In this document: piece by piece, positions 13,546-25,059 of the stretch
Layout of the letters: every line of letters begins with the position of its first letter
Numbering within the stretch: position 1 is the first letter of the stretch
From: Somniosus microcephalus
Taxonomy: Eukaryota
DNA length: 64,000 nt
Assembly: GCA_052327205.1 (NCBI GenBank)
Contig: CM126222.1
Location: 55,676,001-55,740,000 of the forward strand
Direction of reading: 5' to 3'
Made by a program: the position numbers and the translations under genes
The notes under the pieces: model-generated
The model's database searches: none
What the model was told of the DNA's origin: nothing
The model's input: only the letters and a program-made list of their open reading frames with translations

Positions 13546-13694
13546 CCATTGACTAAATTCAAACCAATCAAAAGCCAGTTCTATTCCATGAACAGGTAGA
13601 ATAGTTACAAATCTATAACCAGCAACCAGCACAAAAGCAAACAATCAAATTGCTCATTTTATTTTCCAAAGCTTCTATTCATGAGCCAGCAAGT

Positions 13695-13808
13695 AAAGAA
13701 AGAACAAACTTGTATTTATATAGCACCTTTCACAACCTCAGGACGCCCCAAAGCGCTTTACAACCAATGAAGTACTTTGGAAGTGCAGTCACTGTTGTAA
13801 TGTAGGAT
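13695..13808 (-). mobile_element. SacSINE1-like (DeuSINE) 3' fragment
   Basis: Matches the 3' part of the longer copy at 34561-35026 (ttatatagc..caaagcgctttaca..caatgaagtac). Confidence 0.75.
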
Positions 13809-14747
13809 CACAAAACTGACCACTTAATGTTTATCATCTGAAATTTTGTTTTCATGCATCATGTACCCTCCCTTGTTTAACAGTAAATCCCTCAAACAAT
13901 ATTTTTTCAAATCCTGTGCATGGCCATCTGTAAAGTTAATGTCTGATTGAAATGCTTACAAAAAGTTCAACACTGGCCTTTCCTTTCTTCTTAGATCTGA
14001 GTTCTGCTCTATTATCAAACTTGGTTCTTTATCTGGGGCAGGGAATTATAACCCCTATTGACATTTCCATCTGTGTGTGTGAAAGAAATGAATCAAGAGA
14101 ATTGTAGTTTCACCTTCTCCTGTGGAACTACAATACCCAGAATACACTTTGATAACCCACATCACATGACAACTAGACAAAAAATTACAAATAATTGTCA
14201 TATGCAAGTAGCAAAAGAAGTACATCAAAAACTACAAATTTGTTTTCAGTGTTCTATACAAAGTTCCTGCTCCAGTTGACAAATTATGTGTGCATGACAG
14301 CAATGCTTCATGTTCTATTGTATAATGGACATTCATGGCATGCATAGAAAGTACTTTAAAGCAATGTGATGCGGATGTAATACATGCACAGTACACTGCA
14401 TTAAAAGGATTCTCTTCCCTTGGTTGACCTGGTAAAATCATTAACCTTCTTTCAGCATTGTTCCCAGGTGCATCATATGGTGCTCATGGCATTCACAACA
14501 GTTGCCACCTAATGCCATCGTGCTTGAGCAATTCACGTGAGGGGTTCTGTAGTGCTCTTTTCTGAAGATGGCCGCCCCCCCCACCCCCCCACCCACCCCC
14601 CACTCTCCAAGCTGACTAACTTTCTGCAGAAGAATTTCAATAGCCTTATTCGAGAACCAGGAATTTTTCAGCCAACTACACCCTTCACAGACATTGCAAA
14701 CCAAAGAACCGTACTGCATTCACAACAGGGAAACCACAGCTCTCCAT

Positions 14748-14832
14748 GGATGCTGCCTGGCCTGCTGAGTATTTCCAGCATTTTCTGTTGTTATTTCAGA
14801 TTTCCAGCATCCACAGTATTTTGCTATTGTAT
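14748..14832 (+). mobile_element. Short terminal fragment of a common elasmobranch repeat, probably Penelope-like
   Basis: gatgctgcctggcctgctgagtatttccagcattttctg..ttcagatttccagcatc, recognised from memory as a shark Penelope terminal repeat; not verified. Confidence 0.5.
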
Positions 14833-15309
14833 TAGGGAAACCACAGCGCCTGCCTCTTATCTGCTTGGAAACCTTTACATTCTGGGGCAGCACCAGATTC
14901 CTCAACCAGCAACAGACGAGCTCCCAACCACTGGCAATTTCAAAGCCAGGAGTTCGCCTACGTTATGCTAATTAAGTTCACCACCAAAATACATGTGGGG
15001 TCAGTGCACCAAATGTCCTGCGGCATTCTTTTCACGCCAGCCAACCTGTGGTCGAGTGTTTTCCACACCCGAAAATTTATGTTTAGATGCCATTAAGTGG
15101 CAGTGACTTATTTGTACTCAGTTCTGAGCAACTCATCCACTATAAAATGGACTGAGAATATTGAGACTGTTTGGCAACAGGTTCTCAGCTGATCTGTCAG
15201 GTTAAATTCAAGTTTCACTCCCACAAATAAAAGATGGTATTCTCTTCTATTATACCACCAGAACACCTCTTGGAAATTTTCTGTCAGCACTATGCTTTCA
15301 GATGGATTA

Positions 15310-15810
15310 CATCACATCGAATTACATAGAATTTTACAACACAGAAACAAGCCATTTGGCCCAACGGGCTGGTGTTTATCCTCCACACGAGACTCCTCCC
15401 ACCTTACTTAATCTCACCCTATCAACATATCCTCTTATTCCTTTCTCCCTCAAGTACTTATTTAGTACTGAAATGCACCTCTGCTATTCGCCTCAATCAC
15501 TCCATGTGATAGCAAGTTCCACATTCTCACTCCTGTAAAGAAATTACTCCTGAATTCCTTATTGGATTTATTAGTAACTATCTTATATACATATATACAT
15601 ATGTATATATATATATGGCCTCTAGTTTTGGACACCCCCACAAGTGGAAACATCTTCTCTACGTCTACTCTATCGAACCCTTTCATAATTTTAAAGACCT
15701 CTATCAAGTCACCTCTCAATCTTCTCTTTTCTAAAGAAAAGAGCCCCAGCCAGTTCAGACTTTCTTGATAGTTATACCCTACCAGTTCTGGAATCATCCT
15801 TGTAAATCCT
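15310..15810 (-). mobile_element. CR1 LINE 3' fragment just inside intron 2
   Basis: FTRMIPEL..LGLFSLEKRRLRGDLIEVFKIMKGFDRVD..; contains a short (TA)n expansion near 15585-15616. Confidence 0.88.
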
Positions 15811-15836
15811 TGGTAATATTTCTGTAGGCCACTGAC

Positions 15837-15957
15837 CTTCGGCCTCAATACCCAGGAGGTCTTCCAGATCATTGATACTTCTGATGTCTGCTTGAGCAAT
15901 CATCCTCAGGACATCCTCTGGGAGACCTTCCTCTGCGTTCATGCTTTTTGGCATTTG
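15837..15957 (-). CDS. PDGF-A/B-family growth factor, propeptide exon (exon 2 equivalent)
   Basis: Acceptor tgtgtctctctaacag| and donor GAAG|gtcagt; 121 bp, phase 0 to phase 1. Encodes QMPKSMNAEEGLPEDVLRMIAQADIRSINDLEDLLGIEAE, which aligns with PDGFA [32 protein letters not shown] and PDGFB [27 protein letters not shown] with the same exon phases. Confidence 0.85.
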
Positions 15958-16286
15958 CTGTTAGAGAGACACAACACAGTTATGAATGCAAAGGGAAATA
16001 AATATTAAATATGGAGTAAGCAATATAGATTGTTCGCTGAGTCTCAATGATACCCAAAGTTAATATTGAGAGAGCGCGAGAGAGAGAGATGGACAAAAAG
16101 GGAGGGGGAGAGTGAGAGAAAGAGGGTACTCCATATCATTTTCAAACAAATGATATCCAAGAAAAAGAAGTAATGAGCAGATAGTTTGACTACCTACACG
16201 TCAACATCAGTGAAACTGATTTACACTACGAACATACGATAATGATGGACAGGAAAAGACCAGCTGGTCCATTGAGTCTGCCCATA

Positions 16287-17272
16287 CATAAGAACATAAG
16301 AATTAGGAGCAGGAGTAGGCCATATGCCCCCTCGAGCCTGCCCTGCCATTCAATAAGATCATGGCTGATCTTCTACCTCATCTCCACTTTCCTGCCCTAT
16401 CTCCATATCCCTTGATTCCTCTGGAGTCCAAAAATATATTGATCTCAGCCTTGAATATACTCAACGACTGAGCATCCACAACACTTTGGGGCAGAGAATT
16501 CCAAAGATTCATAACCCTCTGAGTGAAGAAATTCCTCCTCATCTCAGTCTTAAAAGGCCAGCCCCTTATCCTGAGATTATGCCCCCTAGTTCTAGACAAT
16601 CCAGCCAGGGGAAACAACCTCTCAGCATCTACCCTGTCAATCCCCTTCAGAATCTTGTATGTTTCAATGAGATCACCTCTCATTCTTCTAAACTCCAGAG
16701 AGTATCGGCCCAATCTACACAATCTCTTCTCATAGGACAACCCTCTCATCCCAGGAATCAATCTAGAGATCCTTCGTTGCATCGCTTCTAAGTCAAGTAT
16801 ATCATTCCTTAAATAAGGAGACCAAAACTGTGCACAGTACTCCAGGTGTGATCTCACATGAGCCCTGTACAACTGTAGCAAGACTTCCTTACTCTCGTAC
16901 TCCAACCCTCTAGCAATAAAGACCAACATGCCATTTGCCTTCCTAATTGTTTGCTGTACACCTAAATCTCTCTGAACATTTAATAGTTTCTCACCATTTA
17001 AATAATATTCTGTTTTTCTGTTCTTCCGAACAAAGTGAATAACCTCACATTTCCCCATGTTATACTCCATCTGCCACCTTATTGCCCACTCACTTAACCT
17101 GTCTATATCCCTTTGCAGGCTCTTTGCGTCCTCCTCACATCTTACTTTTCTGCCTAGCTTTGTATCATCAGCAAATGTGGATACATTGCACTCGGTCCCT
17201 TCATCCACGTCATTAACATAGATTGTAAATAGAGCCCCAAGCACCGATCCTTGCAGCACCCCACTAGTTACA
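16287..17272 (-). mobile_element. CR1 LINE 3' fragment (RT C-terminal half)
   Basis: ORF 16378-17328 with VTSGVLQGSVLG, FADDTKL, HLEYC and RNFFTQRV; (ttcttatg)n tail. Confidence 0.93.
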
Positions 17273-17768
17273 GTCATGTTGCAACTAAGCATCATGAACC
17301 CCAATGCTCCCCATCCATCAGCAGCCATGTAATACCTGGGAGGGAAAAAAACATTCTGGGAAATTCCTCTAGATGATCAAAATGAGCTCCAGGAGATGAC
17401 AGTGACCATGAGGCACATCACCCTGCATTACACCTCTCTATTGTATGCAGTGATATCAGCCACAACCAGGAACTTGTCCAACTCTCTTTTGAAATCTTGC
17501 AGCAAATCTGCATTCACTACATCAGCTAGCAACTTGTTCCAAAGGTCATTGCTCCTCTGTGAAAAGAAAAACCTCCTGACATCTAACCTAGTTCTACGCT
17601 TATGTAACTTATATGCAATTCCCTGTTTTTCCCTAACCTATCTAATTCAAATTGTCTATCCACGTGGACCCTTCATTTTTTTAAATACTTTAATCAAATC
17701 GCCCCCAAACCTTTTCTAGAGTAAAAAGATCCAGCTCTCCAAGCTTATTGTGCTATTTGAGGTCTTTA

Positions 17769-18557
17769 GGGGGAAAAATTCGGTATCGCCCATATTGGGG
17801 TGCTAATATCGGCCGGGCGCAAAGTTTAGCGCCCGGCGCTAATTATCGCCTCCGACTGTAAAATTCACCTTTATCGCCCCTGGAGGTAATTTGAGCACTA
17901 AACCTCTCTTAAGGCGCAAATGTCAGGGAGCGAGGCGCTACCTCAGAACACTACCGAAGCTCAGGCGATGCCAGTTACCACAGAAGCCAGACAGACTAGT
18001 GCTGTCCAGTTCTTAAAGGGGAGGGGCCACCTTGCTGGCCAGCCAGACCTTGCTCAATGCAGTCTTGAATCTCGGCCTGGAGAGACCTCTAAAGCAATCG
18101 TGTTGGAAGCACTAATGGATAGGCCCAGGGAAAGAGCTCGGCGCTTAGGAACCTCAAAAGTGGTGCTGAGGGCCAAAACTCCTTAGGAGAGTGTTAAATC
18201 TCTCCAGACGTCTCTCTCCCTCTCAACCTGCGTGTACCAATCATTTTGCCAACAAGAAAAGGCAGGAAGTGCCTGCCTTTAAATAGCACTCCCCCAGCCC
18301 CTTCCCGACTTGAAAACGTTCCCCTCTACCTGTCGTTCCTAGCGGCAGGTGCTAAGGCAGGGGGCGCGGCTCAATATCTGGTCCGGGGCACTACCAGGGC
18401 GTTGGACTGTCGACTGACGTCATGATCTGCGGACGCAGGAGATCGTGACAATAGTGTTTAGTGCCGCCGCAAAATGACTGGTCAATTTCGCGAGCGGCAC
18501 TAAAATCGCCGTGCTCGGGCACTAACGGGAGGCGCTAACCAACCGAATTTCCCCCCC
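17769..18557. mobile_element. GC-rich MITE, PIF/Harbinger-like
   Basis: TIR gggggaaaaattcggt / accgaatttccccccc, TSD TTA at 17766-17768 and 18558-18560. Related, in reverse orientation, to 56004-56747 and 58808-59575. Confidence 0.85.
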
Positions 18558-19120
18558 TTAAACTATTAATCTAGCAGCCCTCCTCTAAACCTTTTCCAGA
18601 GTCTCTATATCATCCACCATGCGAGTGAACTAAATTTGGACACTGTATTCTAGGTGAGGCCTAGCCAAGGTCTTGTTTAAGGACACTACAATGATTTTTG
18701 TTTTATACTGGATTGTCCTAGTAATACATCCGAATACTCTATTTGTATTTGCTATAGTCCCGTGGCATTGCTCTTTAGAGACTCATACATTAGAACACCT
18801 AGTTCTCTTTCTCGTTCAACAGTTGGTTCTGAACCCTCCATGGCATGCACACACTTGGCGTTAGCCCTACCCATGTGAATAATACTATATTTATCTACAT
18901 TAAATATAATTTGCCAGGCATGGGCCCATTCCCTCATCACATCTAGATCTAATTGAAATTGTCTTTTTCTCATCCAAGTTTTTAAAACTAGCACAAACCT
19001 TTGTGTTATCTGTGAACCTGCAGACAGCTCCCCCAACACCATCATCCATATTATGAATATAGATTGTGAAGAGCAATGGTCCGAACACCGATCTTTGCGG
19101 GACTCCACTAGCAATGGTCT

Positions 19121-22100
19121 CATACATAGATACATAGAAGATAGGAGCAGGAGTAGGCCATTCGGCCCTTCGTGCCTGCTCCGCCATTTAATGAGATCAT
19201 GGCTGATCCTTTAATTCAGTATCCCGTCCCCGCCTTCTCTCCGTAACCCTTAACCCCTTTTGCCCGTAGAAATATATCTAATTCCCTCTTAAATATATTT
19301 AATGAGCTGGCATACACTGCCCTCTGTGGCAATGAGTTCCACAGGTTCACCACTCTCTGAGTGAAGAAATTCCCCCTCATCTCTGTCCTAAATGGTTTAG
19401 CCCTTATCCTTAAATTATGTCCTCTAGTTCTGTTCTCACCCGCCAAGGGAAACATTCCTTCTGCATCCAGTCTGTCTAGACCTGTCAGAATTTTATACAC
19501 TTCTATGAGGTCCCCTCTCAATCTTCTAAACTCCAGTGTGTACATCCCTAAACTACATAGTCTCTCCTCATAGGTCATTCCCGCCATTCCTGGTATCAGC
19601 CTGGTGAATCGCCGCTGCACCCCCTCCATGGCAAGAACATCCTTCCTCAGATGAGGCGACCAAAACTGTACACAGTACTCGAGGTGTGGTCTCACCAGTG
19701 CCCTGTACAGCTGCAGCAAGGTATCCCTGTTCCTGTATTCTAACCCTTTTGCTATGAAGGCCAGCATACCGTTTGCCTTCTTGACCGCCTGTTGCACCTG
19801 CATGCTCGCCTTCAGTGACTGGTGTACAAGAACACCCAGGTCTCTCTGTACTTCCCCCTCTCCCAATCTATTGCCATTTAAATAATAATTTGCCCTCCCG
19901 TTCCTGCACCCAAGGTGGATAACTTCGCACTTGTCCACATTATAGTGCATCTGCCATTTATCCGCCCAATCGCCCAGTCTGTCCAAATCGCTCTGGAGCT
20001 TCCTGGTCTCTTCCTCTGAGCCCACCCCCCCTCCTAGTTTAGTGTCGTCTGCAAATTTGGAAATGCTGCATCCGACTCCCTGATCCAGGTCATTAATGTA
20101 AATTGTGAACAGCTGGGGGCCCAGGACAGATCCCTGTGGTACCCCACTTGTTACTGCCTGCCATTCAGAAAATGAGCCGTTTATTCCAACTCTCTGTTTT
20201 CTATCTGACAGCCAGTTCCCTATCCACGCCAAAACTTTCCCCTTTATCCCATGAGCCTCAATTTTCCATGCTAATCTTTTATGTGGGACCTTATCGAAGG
20301 CCTTTTGGAAGTCCAGGTACACCACATCTACTGGCTCTCCCCCATCTATTCTACCAGTTACTCCCTCAAAAAATTCCAATAGATTAGTCAAGCACGATTT
20401 ACCCTTTGTAAATCCATGTTGACTCTGTCCTATCCTGTCCCCATTTGCTAAGTGCTCCGCTATTTCATCCTTAATGATGGACTCCAGCATTTTGCCCACA
20501 ACTGATGTAAGGCTTACAGGTCTGTAATTACCTGCTTTTTCCCTACCCCCCTTTTTGAATAGTGGGGTAACGTTAGCTACCCTCCAATCCATCGGCACTG
20601 TTCCCGAGTCTAATGAATTCTGAAAAATCATCCTTAGTGCATCCGCTATCTCTAGGGCCACCTCCTTCAGTACCCTAGGATGCATGTTATCAGGCCCTGG
20701 GGATTTGTCCACCTTCAATCCCTTTAGCTTCCTTAACACCATATCCTTAGAGATATTGATTTGCGTCAGTTCCTCCTTTGCCAATGTCCCTATTTTTCCC
20801 GATATCCCAGGGAGGTTTTTTGTGTCTTCCTTCGTAAAGACTGACCCAAAGTATGCATTTAGTTGATCTGCCATTTCCTTATTTCCCATTATATATTCCC
20901 CCGTATCTGACTGCAATGGACCAACTTTGGTTTTCACCAGTCTTTTCCTTTTGATATACTTATAAAAGCTTTTGGAGTTAGTTTTTATATTTTCCGCCAG
21001 CTTGTTTTCGTAAGCTATTTTGCCCCTCTTGATTATGCCCTTTGCCCTCCTTTGCTCTATCTTAAACTGTTCCCAATCTTCCGCTCTGGCGCTTTTTTTG
21101 GCTATTTTATACGCCCTATCTTTGGATTTTATGCTGTCTCTAATTTCCCCTGTTATCCACGGTTGAGTCACCTTTTTAGATTTCCTTTTATGCCAGATTG
21201 GTATAAACAATTTTTGCAATTTTGTCATTCTATCTTTAAATGTTTGCCATTGTTTATCTACCTCCAGTCCTCCCAGGAACGTTGTCCAATCAGACCTACT
21301 CAGTTCCCGTCTCATGGCATCATAATTCCCCTTGTTTAAATTCAGGACCTTAGTCTCTGAGTCAATTTCTTCGCTCTCCATTTCGAGTGAGAAATCGATC
21401 ATGTTATGATCGCTCTGACCCAAGGGTCCCCGTACAACAAGATTACTGATTAGTCCCTTCTCATTGCACAGTACCCAGTCCAATATAGCCTGTTCCCGAG
21501 TTGGTTCCTCGACATATTGATCCAGATAACCATCCCTCAAACACTCAAGGAATTCCTCCTCCTCATTATTTTTACTGATTAGGCTAGTCCAATCTATATG
21601 TAAGTTAAAGTCACCTATGATGACAGCTGTGCTCTTATTGCACGCTTCTCTAATTTCCCTCGTGATGCCCTCCCTAACCTCTATTTTACTATTTGGAGGC
21701 CTATATACCACTCCTATTAATGTTTTTCGCCCCTCGCTATTTCTTAGCTCCACCCATATAGATTCTGTATTAACTGAGTTAATATCCTTCCTTTCAATTG
21801 CATTTATCCCCTCTTTTACTAGCAATGCTACCCCTCCTCCCTTTCTTTTTTGTCGATCCTTCCTAAATACTGAATACCCCTGTATGTTAAGCTCCCAGCC
21901 CTGCTCACCCTGCAACCATGTTTCCGTAATCCCAATTAGATCATAATTATTAACCTCTATTTCCACAGCTAATTCATCTACCTTGTTCCTGATGCTTCTC
22001 GCATTAAGGTATAAAACCCTCAGGCTTTTTTTATGCTCACAATTTTTATGAATTAGTTTGGCCCTTCGTTTTTTGTTCCTCACCCTTTTACCATTTATTT

Positions 22101-22262
22101 CTGTCTGCCTTTCACTTTCCTCTATTTCACTACATAGGTTTCTAGCCCCCTGCCATACTAGTTTAAATGCTCCCGAACTGCTTTATCAAAAATTACCCCG
22201 AGAACATCAGTTCCATCTCTGCACAGGTGTAGACCGTCCCTTTTGTATAGGTCACACCTCCA
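19121..22262 (-). mobile_element. Young CR1 LINE, 5'-truncated within ORF1, ORF2 intact
   Basis: ORF1 C-terminus LYKRDGLHL..HLN* (SGNH esterase-like DGLH motif, stop at 22158), complete ORF2, and 3' UTR with a (tctatgta)n tail. Confidence 0.95.
19216..22083 (-). CDS. CR1 ORF2: APE endonuclease plus reverse transcriptase (955 aa, uninterrupted)
   Basis: Endonuclease motifs YLNARS, GITETW, GDFN, LDWVL, SDH; RT motifs [28 protein letters not shown]. Confidence 0.95.
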   Translation of the reverse strand: MRNKKRRAKLIHKNCEHKKSLRVLYLNARSIRNKVDELAVEIEVNNYDLIGITETWLQGEQGWELNIQGYSVFRKDRQKRKGGGVALLVKEGINAIERKDINSVNTESIWVELRNSEGRKTLIGVVYRPPNSKIEVREGITREIREACNKSTAVIIGDFNLHIDWTSLISKNNEEEEFLECLRDGYLDQYVEEPTREQAILDWVLCNEKGLISNLVVRGPLGQSDHNMIDFSLEMESEEIDSETKVLNLNKGNYDAMRRELSRSDWTTFLGGLEVDKQWQTFKDRMTKLQKLFIPIWHKRKSKKVTQPWITGEIRDSIKSKDRAYKIAKKSARAEDWEQFKIEQRRAKGIIKRGKIAYENKLAENIKTNSKSFYKYIKRKRLVKTKVGPLQSDTGEYIMGNKEMADQLNAYFGSVFTKEDTKNLPGISGKIGTLAKEELTQINISKDMVLRKLKGLKVDKSPGPDNMHPRVLKEVALEIADALRMIFQNSLDSGTVPMDWRVANVTPLFKKGGREKAGNYRPVSLTSVVGKMLESIIKDEIAEHLANGDRIGQSQHGFTKGKSCLTNLLEFFEGVTGRIDGGEPVDVVYLDFQKAFDKVPHKRLAWKIEAHGIKGKVLAWIGNWLSDRKQRVGINGSFSEWQAVTSGVPQGSVLGPQLFTIYINDLDQGVGCSISKFADDTKLGGGVGSEEETRKLQSDLDRLGDWADKWQMHYNVDKCEVIHLGCRNGRANYYLNGNRLGEGEVQRDLGVLVHQSLKASMQVQQAVKKANGMLAFIAKGLEYRNRDTLLQLYRALVRPHLEYCVQFWSPHLRKDVLAMEGVQRRFTRLIPGMAGMTYEERLCSLGMYTLEFRRLRGDLIEVYKILTGLDRLDAEGMFPLAGENRTRGHNLRIRAKPFRTEMRGNFFTQRVVNLWNSLPQRAVYASSLNIFKRELDIFLRAKGVKGYGEKAGTGY

Positions 22263-23830
22263 CGCAGAACCACTACCATTAATAACAAACCTCTGCCTAG
22301 CAGAATGCAACCAGTTGCTTATCCAACCAAGGGTTGGCCCTCCAATCCCGTAGGATTCTGGCCTATTATGGGACAATTTGTCAAAAACTTTTTAAAAATC
22401 CAAGTATTTGATGTATATTTCTTGACTATTAGTTATCTCCTGTTTGGTTCTTTGTGAGCAAAAGTAGAAAAACTATGGGGGGAATTTTTGGGGGTTCAGC
22501 GGGCATGTTTAGTGGCGGGTCGGGTGGGGAAAAGAATTTTTTTGACAGTGGGTAGGGAACCCACTCTTAACCCGCCTCCACGCTAGTCTCCCAGATGTCG
22601 GGCCTGTCAACGCTGAATAGACCCAATACCAAGCGGCGGGGGAGGTCATTTAGATTATTAAGAGCTTATTAACAGGCACTTAAAAACTATTTTAAGATCA
22701 CCTTTAGATTTTAAGAGTTCGCCCACGGCTTCCCCATTGCTCGGGGATCACGTCAGGTAAGGAGATAGGGTGCTGTGCCAGCATGGGATGATTTCATAAC
22801 TTGACAGCTGCAAATGTGCTATAAAAGCTCTCATCTCATAGGTGTTCATTTTCAAAGGTTAGAAGCTGTCACTTACTGCATTTGGAAGATAGATTGAGCT
22901 TTATGCAGCTTGTAAGTGTTTGGAACAAACTCTCTATCTAGTGTCACCTCATTGGAATAACCTCTCTCACCATTGACAGATCGCTTTTGTCTTCTCAACC
23001 TCATCTGCTGTCTATTCCATCAGCATCGTTGTCCTTGAAACTATCTCACCTTGGTCCTCAGAATCCCACCACAATCAGCCCCAACACCAGCAGCACCAGG
23101 CACACCAGCAGCACTAACAACAACACCAACCTTCTCCGCAATCACCTGATGCTGCACAGGACACAGGGCATCAGCACCCGACCACATTGCTGCCCGGGAG
23201 GCCAGGGATGGCCTCACCATGGCCAGATTTACTTCACTTGACGCTGTACACCCTGGCTGCCACATGATGCGCCAGGTTGGCACCATCCCACACCAGCACC
23301 ATAAAGCATCCCTACAATGTCCAAGCCATTCCTTTTACACTCATCACCATTGCGGGGGGTACCGTTATGTCTCACCATTCACTGCAACTCACTAAGCCAC
23401 TTCCAAAGGTGCACACAAATCTGTCCAAGATTGGAAAGTGTTGAAAATAAAGGTTTCAATGTTTGACACCACATTAACAGAAATTTCACGTGAACATTGG
23501 CTAAAACACCCAAGTGGCTACCCTTGTGTGTTGTTAGTTGGTCTGATTGCACTAGGATGAGGGTGAGTGTGAGGGGTGGCTAGTGAGATGGGGAAGTGAT
23601 AATGTAGATAGAGAGGGATGGGTGGAGGTACAAGGTAATTTGGTGTGAGTAAGGATGTGCAGGAGTAGGGTAGGGAAGGCAGAGTGATGGGGATGTGATG
23701 AGTGGCACAGCAGGATGAGGTTGAGTGTGGCTTTGCAGTAACGTTTCATGATCTGCTGAGATCATTGACAGGCTTGCGCCACTGCAGCCTGGTCCTCCTG
23801 TGCAAAGTGCAACCAGACTGTGTTGATCTC

Positions 23831-24149
23831 AGAATCACAGAATCACAGAATCTACAGTGCAGATAGAGGCCATTTCGGCCCATCGAGCCTGCACCGACAC
23901 ATATCCCACCCTATCCCCGTAACCCCACGTATTTAATCCCCTAACACTAAGGGTCAATTTATCATAGCCAAATCAACCTAAACTGCACATCTTTGGACTG
24001 TGGGAGGAAACCGGAGCACCCGGAGGAAACCCACGCAGACACAGGGAGAATGTGCAAACTCCACACAGACAGTCGCCCGAGGCCAGATTTGAACCCGGGT
24101 CCCTGGCGCTGTGAGGCAACAGTGCTAACCACTATGCCACCGTGCCCCC
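23831..24149 (-). mobile_element. HE1-type V-SINE, full length
   Basis: tRNA-like head with A box TGGCATAGTGG and B box GGTTCAAATC, V-domain core tgtgtggagtttgcacattctcc..gggtttcctccgggtgctccggtttcctccc, and CR1-like tail (gattctgt)n. Confidence 0.92.
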
Positions 24150-24155
24150 CTTGGG

Positions 24156-24366
24156 TGTTGTGTATGTACCTTTAAGAGAGAACTGTTTTACAGCTCCTGT
24201 ATACTGTAGTACCGGCAGTGACCACACCTGTATATAAAGCCGGAGCAGGCTTCTGTACTTCAGTCTTGAGACTACTCTACTCCAGTAAATACCTGTTGAT
24301 TGTTAAGTTACAGCATCCGTGTAGTTCTTGGGGAAACATCCTATTTAAAGAATCACGGATCTAACA
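24156..24366 (+). repeat. 5' LTR of Gypsy A
   Basis: tgttgtgtatg..ggatctaaca; TATA-like tatataaa and agtaaa poly(A)-like signal; direct repeat of 29095-29305. Confidence 0.95.
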
Positions 24367-24367
24367 G

Positions 24368-24377
24368 TGGCGACGAG
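24368..24377 (+). promoter_or_regulatory. Primer-binding site, tRNA-Ser(GCU) type
   Basis: tggcgacgag lies 1 nt after the LTR and is complementary to the 3' end ..CUCGUCG-CCA of vertebrate tRNA-Ser(GCU). Confidence 0.8.
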
Positions 24378-25059
24378 TGTCGATTCGAATCTACCTGCAA
24401 CTCTGCATTTCCCTTCGAGGATTCGCTCCGGGAGGGCGGTGGAAGAAAGTCGAGGCCAGAAACACGGGCGTCGACCACGAGCAACCGCCCAGTCGTCCGG
24501 CAGAGAGTGAACATCGCAGGGGAGGCTGTGGAGAGCCGGGCTTGGTTCCCCAGCCACGACGATCAGCAACAGACTGACGACAGGTACAGCGCAGACCCTT
24601 CCCGGACAGCGGCGGCTGGAGCCGACCGACGGCAGAGAAAAAGGCGAGCAGCGTCGACGGGGTAAGATAGAGGGTGAAGCGCACAGGGCGCAGCCGGGGG
24701 TTGAAAACCGAGCGGCGTCAAGGAAAAACAAAACGGAGAGAGAGAGGGTAAAGCAGCAGCTGGGTTCAGGACCGAGCTGCGGAAACGGGAAAGGCGCACA
24801 GAAAAAAAAAACGCGCAGAGCACAGCCAGGGCTCAAGGGCTGAACAGTGTCCGCGGGGAGAAGAAGGGAGAGCGCGGGAGACACCATTGAGCCGCGGAGA
24901 AGAAGGAAGAGCGCGCGAGAGGCCATTTTTAGAAGCCGCAGCGGAGAAGAAGGGCGAGCGCAGGAAGAAAGGAAAGTGCGGGAGACGCCATTTTGTGCCA
25001 GCGGAGAAGAAGGGAAAGCGCGGGAGACGCCATTTTTGACAGTAAAATCACACCCAGGG

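Larger units (their letters stand above)
17420..22440 (-). mobile_element. Old CR1 remnant (pieces ~17420-17768, 18561-19120, 22263-22440) hosting a MITE and a younger CR1
   Basis: WISNWL..RQRFVINGSGS (ending ~22263) continues as IASGVPQRSVFGPLLFTIYI..FTDNTK (from ~19115) once the nested insertions are removed. Confidence 0.7.

Noticed and set aside
23236-23272. DAVHPGCH-like translation resembling the Harbinger YPGS.HD motif
   Set aside because: It lies after the apparent transposase C-terminal remnant and is too short to trust.
24075-24149. tRNA-like sequence with A and B boxes
   Set aside because: It is the head of an HE1 SINE, followed directly by the V-domain and tail; not a tRNA gene.
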